From Eledone cirrhosa (Eukaryota), in the NCBI GenBank assembly GCA_964016885.1, contig OZ024742.1, forward strand, positions 354,950,001 through 355,014,000: DNA of 64,000 nt, read 5' to 3'. The notes beneath the pieces were generated by a model. That model searched no databases and was not told where the DNA came from. It worked only from the letters and a program-made list of their open reading frames with translations. A program made the translations under genes and the position numbers. Below, one piece after another: positions 36,527 through 52,723 of the stretch (within the stretch, counting starts at the first letter, position 1; each line of letters opens with the position of its first letter).

Positions 36527-36948
36527 TATATGTGTGTATTTGTGCGTGCGCACGAGCGTGTGAGTGTGGGTGTGTGTGTGTATGTGTCTGATTGTGTACA
36601 TATACTTGTGTATATTAAAAGTCCATGCATAGAATTGTTTTTTCTAAATTCTTAAAAGAGAAAGCATTATAGAGATTCTAACAAATAAAATAAAAAGAGG
36701 CAATGAAGTAGAAACATCGTTCAGAATTATATGTAGGATTGTTGAAGATTCATCTCCCAGTATAAAAGTACTTCAAAAGTTTTCTGCTGTGGTCTCAAAA
36801 TAGAATAACATCATTGTATGAAGGCAATAATACATATATTCTGGAGAAACTTCTACTAACAAAACTATATTTCTGATAAAATATAAAACTAGCTCAGAAA
36901 TAACATTTAAATTCCAATAATCCAATACATTTTTTGTTCTTATGTGTG

Positions 36949-36989
<41 letters not shown>

Positions 36990-37004
36990 ACATATCTATA
37001 TATG

Positions 37005-37054
<50 letters not shown>

Positions 37055-37079
37055 TATATATATATATATATACACCTAC

Positions 37080-37190
<111 letters not shown>

Positions 37191-37243
37191 ATAATATACA
37201 TACATATTATATATATATATGTATATATATATTATACATACAT

Positions 37244-37293
<50 letters not shown>

Positions 37294-37418
37294 GGTTTTA
37301 TTTAAAATTGTTGGGTTACAACAAGTAAATATTTTATAACTGATATAAAGCACTCGACAAGTTTTTGGAGTAGATATACGATATTAAACAAATGGAAACT
37401 ATATTTATAAAACCATAT

Positions 37419-37486
37419 GTATTTCATTATACATATTTCAGGGATACCATATTAAAAATATGGCATGCCTTCGTCAGATAAAATAC
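37419..37486 (-). ncRNA. Minimal type I hammerhead ribozyme motif
   Basis: GTATTTTAT-CTGACGA-AGG...CCT-GAAA-TATGTA-TA-ATGAAATAC. Confidence 0.75.
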
Positions 37487-38132
37487 AATATATAAACAGT
37501 TTTATAAATAAATAATCCTTCTCTCTCTATATACTACTTTCACCTCTCTCTTGAGTTTATCTTTATGTATGATGAATTATTATGTATCTGTCGCTTTCGT
37601 TTGCCTCTCTTATTTCTCTCTTGTTTCATTTTCACTTCCTCCTATATATTTATATTTTCTCTCTCTCTTCCTTTCCTCCCCCTTCTCTCTCTCCGTTTTT
37701 TCTTTATCTCCGTTTTTTCTTTCTCTCCGTCTTTTTTCCAACTGTGCTTAACACTATAACTAAATAATTATTATCCTTCTCTCTCTATATAGTACTCCCT
37801 CTCTCTTGAGTTTTTCTATATGTATGGTGAATTATTATTCATCTGTTGCTTTCGTTTGCCTCTCTTATTTCTCTCTTATTTCTTTCTTGTTTCTTTTTCA
37901 AATCCTCCTATCTATTTATATTTTTTTTTCTCTTTCTCCTTTTCTTTCTCTCCCCTCTATTTCTCTGTTTTTTTCTTTACCTCCGTTTCTTCTTCCTCTC
38001 CGTCTTTTTTCTAACTGTGCTTAACACTATAACTAAATAATTATAAACAAATCACTATCCAGACGGCGTCCTAGTATAATGGTCGCTTATAATATGGTAC
38101 GTCAAAATTATTTATAAAACTGTTTATATATT

Positions 38133-38200
38133 GTATTTTATCTGACGAAGGCATGCCATATTTTTAATATGGTATCCCTGAAATATGTATAATGAAATAA
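38133..38200 (+). ncRNA. Minimal type I hammerhead ribozyme motif (inverted twin of 37419-37486)
   Basis: CTGACGA at 38142, GAAA at 38180, long stem II, stem I pairs. Confidence 0.75.
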
Positions 38201-38239
38201 ATATGGTTTTATAAATATAGTTTCCATTTGTTTAATATC

Positions 38240-38287
<48 letters not shown>

Positions 38288-38684
38288 GTATATATATAAT
38301 ATACATAGATACAAAATATATATATATATATATAATATAAACGGAAAAACTGTAACGAAATTTCATTTCCCACTCTTAGTACGGCTGTTACTTAAATATA
38401 AGTATGTACACGTACATACATATATGTATACAGACGTACAGTAGTATGTATATATATATACATACATGCACACATATATATATGTACGTATGGTTTCACC
38501 GAACATTTATTATAATGCCCTGTGTGTTTGTGAACAATATATAATATACATATATAATAATATATAGATAATTGTATATATCTACTAACATAAGCGCATA
38601 GATGTACGCCAATGCCAGCAAATACACATGTTATGTCATAGTACCTAGGTGGTTCAATGCAGGAGGATGCAGAACAATAATATA

Positions 38685-39450
38685 AACGACGTAAAATAAG
38701 AAAATTTAAATAAAAAATAAAAACAAAATTAACTTACTAATTAGTTTCTGCAATGGGATAAAGACAGTTACGTAATGAACTGTTGAGAATTTCATTGCGT
38801 CATCAGGGAGATCTATTCTCAGCCAAGTCTCCAGGCAATGCGCGGACACTGGGGACTCATATAAAAATAATAATAATTCGGTAAATGGAACAGCTATCGA
38901 GGACTGGATTCCAGGCACTGAAAATTCTCACTGCCACTGGTCATATGGCCGATTCTAAAGAATCAATCACGTGACACAGAGGCTAGTCAGTAGGAATGGG
39001 ATGGTAAGATGACAGACGCCTACTAACACCCCCCAAAAATTTACAAGTTGTTTTGTCAGGTTTGCTCGACAAATCAGTGATTTGGAGATAAATATAGATA
39101 ATTTAATATATCTACTAACATAAGCGCACAGATGTACGCCAATGCCGAATCGGCCATATGAATCGGCCATATGACCAGTGGCAGTGAGAATTTTCAGTGC
39201 CTGGAATCCAGTCCTCGATAGCTGTTCTATTTACCGAATTATTATTATTTTTATATGAGTCCCCAGTGTCCGCGCATTGCCTGGAGACTTGGCTGAGAAT
39301 AGATCTCCCTGATGACGCAATGAAATTCTCAACAGTTCATTACGTAACTGTCTTTATCCCATTGCAGAACCTAATTAGTTGGAGTGAAAATTTAAGTAAG
39401 TAGGTTAAATTTTTTTAATTTTTTTTTTTAATTTTCTTATTTTACGTCTT
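38685..39450. mobile_element. ~270-bp inverted repeat pair carrying an HHR motif (PLE-like)
   Basis: 38685-38955 is the reverse complement of ~39160-39450. Confidence 0.7.
39305..39384 (+). ncRNA. Hammerhead motif, partly decayed; twin on the minus strand at 38735-38810
   Basis: CTCC-CTGATGA-CGCAATG...CATTGCA-GAA(C/A)-CTAATTAG-T(T/A)-GGAG with palindromic stem III. Confidence 0.6.
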
Positions 39451-39543
39451 TTATATATAATAATATATATATATGTGTATATTATATATATATATATATA
39501 TATAACTACACAAAATATGCATACAACTTTAATATATATTTAC

Positions 39544-39596
<53 letters not shown>

Positions 39597-39597
39597 C

Positions 39598-39640
<43 letters not shown>

Positions 39641-41206
39641 GTGTGTGCTTATATGTTTTTTTTTTATATTTGAAAATATGTTATTTGAATATTTTGTTTC
39701 AGGAAAATTAGAAGTAAATATCGAGATGAACATTGTATAATCCTGAGTTTAGAAGCCACTAGACATTTATTAAATCTTCGACGTATTTTAAAACTACGAA
39801 TGACATGAAATAACTCAGCTAAGACGAAATTTGAACCTGCAAGAGAACACTACAATATATTTAATTTGATACTCACGTCTTTGACATAGAAATATCGTCA
39901 TAAGAAAACGCGTTACTGAGCATCAAATATCTTTATAATGAGAAGCGATAATACAGATCATTGTAATATAAACTATTTATCTGAATTTATCTTTGAACTG
40001 TGAAATCAATTTCGTCATACATTCCTAAAGAATATTGGTATAGAACATACGATATTGCGAGAGAGGAAAATCCTAAAATGTTTTTAAGCCTTTGCTATTT
40101 GACATTGGCAATAATATTACAGTAAAATATTATTTTGTCCTAGTCTGAAAAATGAAATTCAGTATGGTCAGTAGGTCAGCAGCCAATCTATCTTATGAAA
40201 GTTAAATGTCATTTTAATATTTGAGTTCAAATATCCCGGTAAAGTGGTTCAATATATCACCTATCATTTCTTTCTGAATTTGATATAAATGTTTATTTGA
40301 TAATTCTTTTTTTTATTTAACGCAATTTCATCCATAACATTCTTTAGACGATTTTATAACGATCTCTCTTAGTGTCATTATTTCCTCGGCTGTACTGCGT
40401 TTGTGGTAAAAACCAGTGTTCGCCAGTTTGCTTGAACTCAATACTATCCCTACATTTCTCTGTCAGACACTTATCATAGGCTTTACAGAAGCGATGAAAT
40501 TTTCATGTTTCTACTACAGAAATTACTAGACTTATATGTTACTCATTGCCCACAAAACCGTTTCTTCGTTTGTAAACCACCGATAGAAACATCTGAAATG
40601 TAACATAACGGGATAGACATAGATTCTCAGCTCAAAAAAGCGCAAATGACTCATAAATAAATCATTAAAATTAATTTAAAATCAGAATAACAACCTTACT
40701 TAATATCTAAATACCAACAAGTGTAATGCAAGGAACGTAAAAGAATCTGCTAATAAATACTTATTTAATGAAGAAATGCAAATAACTCAATAATTAATTC
40801 AATTTCAATGTCCTTAGCAAGGCAGGGAGAAAATACCAGACGTATTGCAATCTTATAAACTTTCAACGAATATTCACCGATTTTCCTCCAGTGTATATAA
40901 AATAAATACACATATACTTCAGATTTTCCGACTTACGACCAGTACCGTTAAATTGAAATTATATAATCTAAGAGAAAAAAGTATATCTCTGGACACTAAA
41001 GATTAAATAATAGAGAATTCGTTATATAATTACATCCCGATCATATGAAATTTTTACAAAATTCGCAGAATAAATCAGTATTTAATAGAAATCCGTCTTC
41101 TAAAGAACTAGAATTATTTCATTCTTGCGGAGAAATCAGGGAAAATATGTTGAGTAACTTATTTACTTTGGTTACCTCCGGCTTATCTCCGAATATATAT
41201 ATATAT

Positions 41207-41588
41207 AGTAATAATAATAAATTTGAAGACTAAAATCCAAAGAGGGCTCGATAAGGATAAATATATATCAAATATATAAGAATCGTAGAGCAAATATTTA
41301 TTAAAATAGCAGATTAAAGTTTAAGCAAAGAATCGCTGCTTTCACCCTTAACGGGATCTTCTGAAACTAATAAAGTCAATCTGTAAACGCAGAAGTGTTA
41401 TTACAAAAAACGTTGTAACCGGAGGAAGACAGGAAGACGAACCAACGTATCGTCTTCCTGTCTTCCTCCGGTTGCAACGTTTTTTGTAATATCACTTCTG
41501 CGTTTACAGATTGACTTTGTTAGTTTCATAAGATCCCGTTAAGGGTGAAAGCAGCGATTCTTGGCTTAAACTTTAACCTGTTATTTTA

Positions 41589-41596
<8 letters not shown>
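41207..41596. repeat. Dispersed repeat forming a hairpin with ~145-bp arms; other copies at ~43437-43592 (-) and ~56196-56430 (+)
   Basis: 41295-41440 is the reverse complement of 41450-41595. Confidence 0.85.
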
Positions 41597-41666
<70 letters not shown>

Positions 41667-41671
<5 letters not shown>

Positions 41672-42295
41672 AATGAAATGAAATTTCATTTCTCACTCTT
41701 AGTACGGCTGATACTTAAATGTAAGTATGTATACGTACATACATATATGTATACATACGTAGAGTAGTATGTATATATATACATACATGCACACATATAT
41801 ATATGTACGTATGGGTTTACCGAACATTTATTATAATGTTCGGTTTGTTTGTAAACAAACAGCCCGAATTAAGCCGTACAGTGTTCGGAAACCATCGTCG
41901 CCCTTTTGTTCAACACTGACAAAGGAAAGATGAACTAGTTTCAAGCTTATTAACTATCGTCAGCATTGTATACCTTCCCGTCAGACGATTGAACATTTGA
42001 AAGATTATACTTTCCTTATGCATATTAACGGTTCAGCAGTTTAATTTACATATCGAGTGAGTTAGTCGGCCCGGCGTACCGAAAACATTAAATGGAAAAG
42101 AATGAAATAACATGTTATTTCTCACTCTTAGTACGGCGGATACTTAAACAAACCGAACATCATAATAAATGTTCGGTAAACCCATACGTACATATGTATA
42201 TGTGTGCATGTATGTATATATATATACATACTACTCTACGTGTGTATACATATATGTATGTACGTATACATACTTACATTTACGTATCAGCCGTA
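41667..42295. mobile_element. ~500-bp HHR-bearing repeat family, with inverted partial copy
   Basis: Shares GTATGTATACGTACATAC and TCACTCTTAGTACGG blocks with 38340-38537, 45086-45820 and 50718-51366. Confidence 0.75.
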
Positions 42296-42297
42296 AA

Positions 42298-42712
42298 TTT
42301 AATCCTGAGGAGGATATTAGAGGGGGCTAGAGCAAAGTGCCTTCCTGCGGTCATGGTTTTCATTTACTTTAGGACAGCCTTTGATTCTTAGGACCGTCAC
42401 TGCTTGATAAAGATCTTACAGGCTTATGGAATACCCAAGAAGATAGTGGACCTGATACCACTGCTCTACACCAACACCAAAGCCCAAATCATTAGAACTG
42501 ATGGGATGACAGATTTCTTTGAAATACTGGCTGCACAGCTCTAGGGAGATATATTGGCTCCCTAACTGTTTATCATCGTAGTGGACTAGTGTATGCACCT
42601 TGCACTGGAGAAACACCAGGAGTCTGGCTTTACTGTAGCACCGACTCAGAGCAGGGGAGTTAAGGCGAAAAATATATCGGATGCTGAATTTGCCGACGAC
42701 ATAGTTTTAGTG
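42298..42712 (+). pseudogene. RTE-like reverse transcriptase fragment
   Basis: LRRILEG...FIYFRTAFDS...ILQAYGIP...GDILAP*LF...EFADDIVL, with stops. Confidence 0.8.
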
Positions 42713-42728
42713 AAAAATGCAGTGAATG

Positions 42729-43317
<589 letters not shown>

Positions 43318-44080
43318 GTCTATATAGTAATAGAACAAGTAACGCCTCGTGCGATAGACAGCACATAGTGACATAAGTGGATTGTAAAACGGCTAGAAAG
43401 GGTAGCCTAAAACCACTCAACTTCAAAATCTCACGAAAGAAGATCCATTAATGGTGAAAGCAGCAATTCTTTGCTTAACATTTAGTCTGTTATTTTAATA
43501 AATATTTGCTTTTTGGTTCTTATATATTTGATACATACTTATCCTTATCGAGCTCTCTTTGTATTTTAGACTTTACATTTATTAGTATTACTATATATAT
43601 ATTTATATAGAAGTCGTTACACAACAGTTAGTTCTCCATACCGAGAACAATTGTTTCACCTTAGCGGATCCTCAGCTCGTAATGGACATGGTTATACGGA
43701 ACAGGAATGACAACCGTACGAACGCGCAGGCGCAGAAACGATCACTTCACACAAGCAATACTAAAGTGCATGCGAGAGGTGTCACGGAAATAACTGCGAA
43801 AGTCCGAAAAGTTTCTAGTTGATAAGAAAATTAGTATGTTGTAATACAATCCGAAGCTTTGTAGTTATGTAATAGGTGTTTCCAGACGTGTGGACAACGT
43901 GTGAATAACTCATTTCTCTTTCTCGTGTTTAGGCGATGACTATTGCGTAATCTCTTTAGAATAGTTATTCGTTCATGATGAACGAATATATATATGTAAA
44001 AGTTAAACAGAAATAACAACACCAACGGTACAGTATATGAAAGATATATATTAGGTTAACGCTTCATATAGCAGGGAGAA

Positions 44081-44134
<54 letters not shown>

Positions 44135-44392
44135 AAGAATGAAGAGTAACATGGTTGGCTGTACAATAAGGGCTTTATTTATAGTACTGATCAGTTGGGT
44201 CTAGAGTTCGCTAATCGCTTGAGGTTGCATCATTCGATCTCCAATACATTATTTACCTCTCGTCAACACATAAGAGAATGTAAATATGAGAATAATAATA
44301 TTTGAGTCAAACAAAGTCGTACGTTAAAACTATCCGCAACGGAGAGGACTCACAACCACTAACTAGATTACCTATAACGATCACTTGTTATC

Positions 44393-44499
<107 letters not shown>

Positions 44500-44501
44500 C
44501 G

Positions 44502-44534
<33 letters not shown>

Positions 44535-44555
44535 GTATATATATATGTATATATT

Positions 44556-44633
<78 letters not shown>

Positions 44634-44938
44634 AATTCAAATACATATAATTAGACATAGACACAAATACATATATGAGTTTGGTAACATTTCACGGTGT
44701 GGCTCAATGAAGAATTAATTAAGCAAGGCTAGAAGAAATACTTAGATAAGTGTCATATTGCTGTACATATTGGAAAATAATCTGTTTCCTTTGTATATTA
44801 TATCTTCACAAGTACCTTTTAAAATTATAGCCTCGTTTAAATGATGTTTTATGTGGTTAATGTATGCTGATTGGGAGATGAAATACTGTATGTATTTTAT
44901 CTAATGGTTCTTAAGACTTCCATTTATATATATATATG

Positions 44939-45080
<142 letters not shown>

Positions 45081-45085
45081 TATAT

Positions 45086-45820
45086 ATAAGTATGTATACG
45101 TACATACATATATGTATACAGACGTACAGTAGTATGTATATATATATATATATATACATACATGCACACATATATATATATTTACGTATGGATTCACCGA
45201 ACATTTATTATAATGCTTGGTGAATCCATACGTACACATATATATGTGTGCATGTACGTATATATATATATATATACATACTACTGTACGTCTGTATACA
45301 TATATGTATGTACGTATACATACTTATATTGAATTAACAGCCGTACTAAGTGTGATAAATGAAATTTCGTTTCATTTTTTCCGTTTATCGTTTTCGGTCC
45401 CCGGCCGATTAATTCACTCGATATGCAAATTATGCTGCTCAGCCATTAATATGCATAAGGAAAGTAAATACTTTCAGACCTTCAACCATCTGGCAGGAAG
45501 GTATATGTTGCTGAAGATAACTAATAAGCTTGAAACTAGTACAGCGTTCCTTTGTCAGTGTTGAACAAATGAGCAACAATGGTTGCTAGACAATGTACGG
45601 CTTAATTCGGGTTGTTTGTTTACAAACACACCGAGCATTACCATAAATGTTCGGTAAGTCCATACGTACATATACCTATATATGTGTGTGCATGTATCTA
45701 TATATATATACATACTACTGTACGTCTGTATACATTTATGTATGTACGTATACATACTTATATTAAAGTAGCAGCCGTACTAAGAGTGATAAATGAAAGT
45801 TCGTTTCATTTTTTCCGTTC
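45086..45820. mobile_element. ~500-bp HHR-bearing repeat family, partial tandem plus inversion
   Basis: Orientation switches at ~45220; same family as 41667 and 50718. Confidence 0.75.
45505..45547 (+). ncRNA. Minimal hammerhead motif with palindromic stem III; minus-strand copies at 41928-41969 and 50996-51038
   Basis: ATGTTG-CTGAAGA-TAACTAATAAGCTT-GAAA-CTAG-TA-CAGCGT. Confidence 0.65.
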
Positions 45821-45825
45821 ATATA

Positions 45826-45876
<51 letters not shown>

Positions 45877-45988
45877 ATAGGGAGAATAAGACGATTATTA
45901 GGAAGAAAAATATATTTGTTTCCGTTTTATTTTTATCTATTTCTGTGTTTTTTTCCTAATAATCATCTTTTCCTCCCTATTTTCATAT

Positions 45989-46107
<119 letters not shown>

Positions 46108-46955
46108 CATTATATATTTATACATTATACATTTATACATTATATATTTAAATGAAGACATTTTATTTATAGCTTTTTCATAACAAAATCCCATTTTCTA
46201 AGCGAAGGAGATGACAGATTCTAAGATACTTATACTTCCCAGAAAACAGATTATGTTAGCCTGCAAAATGACATCTATTAGAAACTGAAAGCTTACCGTC
46301 GCCTCAATATAATATCAACGAACCTCTTACTATATGTTATGTTAACAATAAATTACTTGTTTTATACTCATCCACAATATTGAAGTTTCCACATTATACA
46401 TGACATCTAGAGAGGATGCATATGTAAACTAAGACTCGGAATTCGGAAATAAAACTCATATTTCACAAAACTGTAACATACGCTGAACAAGCAATTACTG
46501 TGCTTTAAAGTTCTTTTTAAGTGGGGAAAGACATTGCACTCGAACAACCCCACTCTCTGGGAATCGAAAACACTACACGAAAAGGGGAACTGGTTAACAC
46601 CAACTTCAAGGACGTGGCTCGTTTCCTATATATATATATATATATATGACCAAATGTTAAACAAGGTTCATTGATTATTAAATGAATATAGTATTACAAT
46701 ATATAAAAAAGCACTCAACAGTGAAGTCTTCTGGAGTTATTAATATTATTCAAAATATTAATAAATGGATACATTCAAATAATAAAAATATATGTTTTAT
46801 TATATATAATTTGGAGGTATTGTGGTGATTTGTTCAGTACGTCCTCATCAGATAAAAAATTAATTTGATGTATGACATACCTCAACTGTTTGATTATTCA
46901 ATTGCAGTCTTGGCAGTGATTTACTACGACAAAACTCATTATTTATATACGACAA

Positions 46956-47072
<117 letters not shown>

Positions 47073-47198
47073 TACTTGTCGTATATAAATCATGAGTTTG
47101 GTCGTAATAAAGTTGTTTTTCGCTAATTTCCCAAATACCATTTCGCTAATTTCCGAAATACCATCCTCGCTAATTTATATTTGTATATATATATACAT

Positions 47199-47291
<93 letters not shown>

Positions 47292-47294
47292 TAT

Positions 47295-47362
<68 letters not shown>

Positions 47363-47366
47363 GTAT

Positions 47367-47401
<35 letters not shown>

Positions 47402-47409
47402 GGTAAACA

Positions 47410-47501
<92 letters not shown>

Positions 47502-48152
47502 TCATATACATATATACACATACATACATATATAGGTACAATCACACACACTCATATATACAGACACACACATATACACACACCGGTCTATTTGTATTCA
47601 TATGTTTATATTTGCAAGAACGGAGCACGCCATTTTTTCATTCACATATATTTTCCCTCGCTGTGGTTCGCATTTTTTCTGTTACCTTACTGCTTTCCTC
47701 TTTCTATTTCCGCCTTACCTCTCGCTTTCCTCCATCCCCGCTGCTGGTCACACACTCTCAGCTGGCCCTACCCCCACACTTTCACTCACTCACACTCTGC
47801 TACTCCTCCACTTTCACTTCCTCCCGTCTAACCTGCGTTAATTCTTTCCTCTCTCACTTTTTGCGTGGCTCGGAAGCGTCTATTTTCTTCTCGTCATTTG
47901 ATTCGTCGGACTTAAGCCAACAAAATTCATTGACCTGTCTCTCTTTTCCTCTCTTTACCTTGCGTTACTACCATGTGGTTTGTTCCCTTTCCTCTATCCC
48001 GATAGCTTAATTAAGTTATCGCTCGCACTGATTTGAGGTATCTAGTCTTTAATGCGAAGAAATTCCAATGAGAATCAGCAGACTACTGATGACGGATATT
48101 TTTCCTGTTTCTCCGTCTATTTTTATTCATATATATATATATATACTCAATA

Positions 48153-48600
48153 AAACACCAGAGCCAAAGAAATGTAACAACTTTAGCAGAAAAAGCTTGG
48201 ACGCTCAGGGATAGCGATCAAAAGTTTACCCTAAAATGGGAGAAATTAGCTAAAACCCAAAGCTTTTCCAGGAGCCAACATTTCTGCAAATTATGTAATC
48301 TTGAGATATATTACATAATCACACACAAGAAGAAATTGCTGAATAACAGAATTGAACGAACATTATTCTGCCGTCACCGAACTAAAACCCTTTTTTCCCA
48401 CTACAAGCTGAATATTACATACAAGAGGAACATCCCCACAACTATATAAACCTCAATCTAGTTAGAAAAATATATAAACAATCTCTTCTCAACATACATA
48501 TGTATATTAATAACATTAAATTACCACACTAATAATAAAAAGACATGCTGATGAGAATAGGTGCAAATATGCTATAATGAATGTGTCTAAAATGGACCAT
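48153..48600 (+). mobile_element. 3' fragment of a Penelope-like element (GIY-YIG C-terminus and UTR)
   Basis: Manual translation TTLAEKAWTLRD...LKWEKL...CKLCNLE...LLNNRIE...CRHRTK; CTGATGA core remnant at 48548. Confidence 0.75.
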
Positions 48601-48697
48601 AAGTAGGTATATATATGTAAAAATGTATATAAAGAAGTAAATATATATATATGTTTGATGTGTATAGTTAGATGTAAGTGTATTCATGTATCAAAGT

Positions 48698-48748
<51 letters not shown>

Positions 48749-49388
48749 GACTGGAGTATGTATGTATATATGTGTGTGTCTATACGTGTGTATATAAAGA
48801 CAAGTTGAGTATGAAAATGTATACGCATGAACGCGTATGTATATACAAGTATATATGTATATATATATATATGTGTGCATGTGTATATGTATGTAAGTAT
48901 GAGCATGTAAGTATGTGTATGTGAGTATATTTATTTTGTAGAGGTGTGCATATATGTTTGTGTATGAATGCGTGGGCGAAAGGATACGTACACTTGAAAG
49001 AAAAATTTAGCCAGCATGCATATCTATACTATCTCTAATCCTTCTATAGATTTAGAAAAATAACCAATAATATATTCTATAAAAATGTCAAAACAACAGA
49101 TGGGAATCTAATTATTCACTGCCACAAAAAATTCTTACTGCTATCAAAAAACCACTCCCTCAACTATTCTTCTAACAACTTCACCCCTCCCTCCTAATAT
49201 TCTCTATAAAAACCAAACAGGTCCTCAGTAAAATTATTCTGATGAAATGACAGTTGATAATAACATTGAAATATTGAATGTCTGTATAACTAATACTTTG
49301 TAGATAGCAGCTGTTTTCAGGTTATGTAACTGTTATAGAAACACGTGTCAATATATTCGGTTTAACTAATCTGTATCCATTTAAATCC

Positions 49389-49435
<47 letters not shown>

Positions 49436-50328
49436 TACATATTAGTATATATATATATATACATGTATAATTAGTATTAACTCCTATAGGCTCTTTTCTG
49501 TAGCCAAATGGTAGACTGGCATATTCAATTTCACTCTACAACATTCATTGATCACATATGATGATGTTACCCCCTTTTCAGATAGCTGTAAACAATTCTC
49601 TCTTAACGCATGACCTCTCTGAACGTCGCTATAAAGGAATTTAACTATTTATATGACTTTTTAAAATCATTGACCATGCCCCACAAGAGAAAAGAAAGCA
49701 ACAATTTTGTAGGATTGTTTTATATGTTACTTCTACTGTGTTTTGATCGTATGGCCATATACGGACTGTATCCTTTTACAAGTTCAGCTACGTCCATGCC
49801 GTCCTAATAGTACTGGTTCAGTTCGGATCTAGCTGTCGAAACGGCCGGAGCTCAGTCATCGGGGTCCTGACACTTTTTTCTATACTTGCATATATATATA
49901 TATATAGTATGTATATATCTAAAGAATATATTGAGTTAGAAACTCAAATTAGTCTCTTACAATAAACTAGCCATAGGGAAGAGATTTTTCCGAGCAGTAT
50001 ATTATAATTGAATATAAAAGAAATATAAACACAGACATTTACATATATGTGTTCAAATCTTAATGGAACAGATTCGGTAAGGTGAAAAGAATTCTAACTA
50101 TGGACGATAGGGTTTGCCAGCCTCAAATTAAGAATAAATCAAGAAAATAAATACAAACCGGAATTGTGGTAACTACCAATCACCCAGACAGCGTTTGGCT
50201 ATATTGTTTTGACAAAATTAATTTTGAAGGGGAATACCGATTCTTGCACATCAGTGGTTGAGGAAAATGGTCTCTTACGATTTGAACACGTATATGTATA
50301 TGTCTCTGTTTACCTTTCTTTTATATTC

Positions 50329-50415
<87 letters not shown>

Positions 50416-50599
50416 TAAAATGTGGAGAAGGAGCACACGAGTTGGAATATATATATATGTAAAATAGGGAGACATAGACGATCGTTAGGAAAAAATATAT
50501 TTATGTTTTCTTTTATTTTTTTCTTATTTTTTCTGGGTTAGATATACACACACACACATACACACACACACACACACACACTCACACCCCAACACACAC

Positions 50600-50689
<90 letters not shown>

Positions 50690-50717
50690 ATATATATCTA
50701 TATATATATATATATAT

Positions 50718-50770
50718 GTAAGTATGTATGTATACGTACATACATATATGTATACAGACGTACAGTAGTA

Positions 50771-50846
<76 letters not shown>

Positions 50847-51366
50847 CAGGTACACATATATATATGCACGTATCAGTTTAGCGGACGTTTATTATAACGT
50901 TCGCTTTGTCCGTTTGTAAACAAACGGACAGCCTGGATTATGCCGTACGGTGTTAAGGCAACCACGTCACCATTTTGTTCAACACTGACACAGGAACGAT
51001 GTACTAGTTTCAAGCTTCTTAGCTATCATCATCACCGTATACCCTTCTGCCAGATGGTTGAACGTTCGAAAGTATATACTTTCCTTATGAAAATTAACGG
51101 CTGAGCAGCCTAATTTGCATATCGAGTGAGTTCAGTCGGCCAGGCGCACCGAAAACGATAAGTTGAAATAGAATGAAACGAAATTTCATTTCTCACTCTT
51201 AGTACGGCACTTACTTAAATGTAAGTATGTATGTATACGTACATACATATATGTATACAGACGTACAGTAGCATGCATATATATATATATACATATACAT
51301 ATATATATATATATATATACATACAGGTACACATATATATATATACGTATCAGTTTAGCGGACGTT
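50718..51366 (+). mobile_element. ~500-bp HHR-bearing repeat family, ~1.3 tandem units in (TA)n
   Basis: Block repeats at ~50720 and ~51222. Confidence 0.75.
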
Positions 51367-51510
<144 letters not shown>

Positions 51511-51515
51511 CATAA

Positions 51516-51558
<43 letters not shown>

Positions 51559-51559
51559 A

Positions 51560-51590
<31 letters not shown>

Positions 51591-51595
51591 CATAA

Positions 51596-51766
<171 letters not shown>

Positions 51767-51815
51767 TAGTCAAAAGAAAATTTCGCTCTATATGGCTGAA
51801 TACAATAAACGTAAT

Positions 51816-52723
51816 GTGAGTTTTTCGAATATTAATAATAACATTCGATTCGTTTGTAATTATGCAAACAAGCCTCAATGTTATAGCAATGTCAGTAGAA
51901 TGAACACTTCATTATTGCTCTTAGTCTGGCATGCAAACAGAACGGCAGATACTAATGTTTCTAAGTAACACCCTACGTCAGTATAGTTCAATGTTCACCT
52001 GCCAAACTGCCAGAGCTATTGAAAATATATGGTATTTTCAAATCTACACAGTGTCTGATCGGCCTGATGTGCATATTAGCAGATCAACTAGTAATCGAAA
52101 AACACATTACATTTATTGTATTCAGCCATTCAGAGCGAAATATTCTGTTTTACTTGAAATTGGCAAAGCCGGACATTTATTGCTCTTATACAGGAAACTG
52201 ACTGGCCAGTCTGCTGATATGCAAATCTGGCTAATCAGTGGATCTGCTAATATGCAGATCTGACTGATCAGCCAGTCTGCTAATATGCAAATCAGGCCGA
52301 TCTGTCACAGTATTTTTGTAAATAGCATATATTTTCAGTAGCTATGACAGTTTGACAGGTGAACAGTGAGCTGTACTGATGAAGGGTGATACCCATAAGC
52401 ATTAGTGTCTGCAGTTCTGTTCACATGTCAACATAAGAGCAAGAATGAAGTGTTCATTCTACTGACATAGCTATAAAATTGAGGCTTGTTTGCATAATTG
52501 CAAACGAATCGAATGTTGGATTGGCAGTATCGGTAGAATGTCGGACACCATGCTTTGCAGCATAGAGCTAAGCCACTTTATGGTCTGAGTTCAAATAATG
52601 CCGAGGTTAACTTTGCTTTTCATCCTTACGGGGTCGATAAAATAAAGTACCATTAATGCAGGTGGGATAATTGCTGGTCTTGTGCCAAAAGTAGAAACAA
52701 TTATTAATATTCGAAAAAATCTC

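Larger units (their letters stand above)
37378..38243. mobile_element. PLE-like element: ~135-bp inverted repeats enclosing two ~265-bp CT-rich tandem copies
   Basis: 37378-37512 is the reverse complement of 38107-38243; internal copies at ~37512-37770 and ~37770-38042. Confidence 0.7.
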
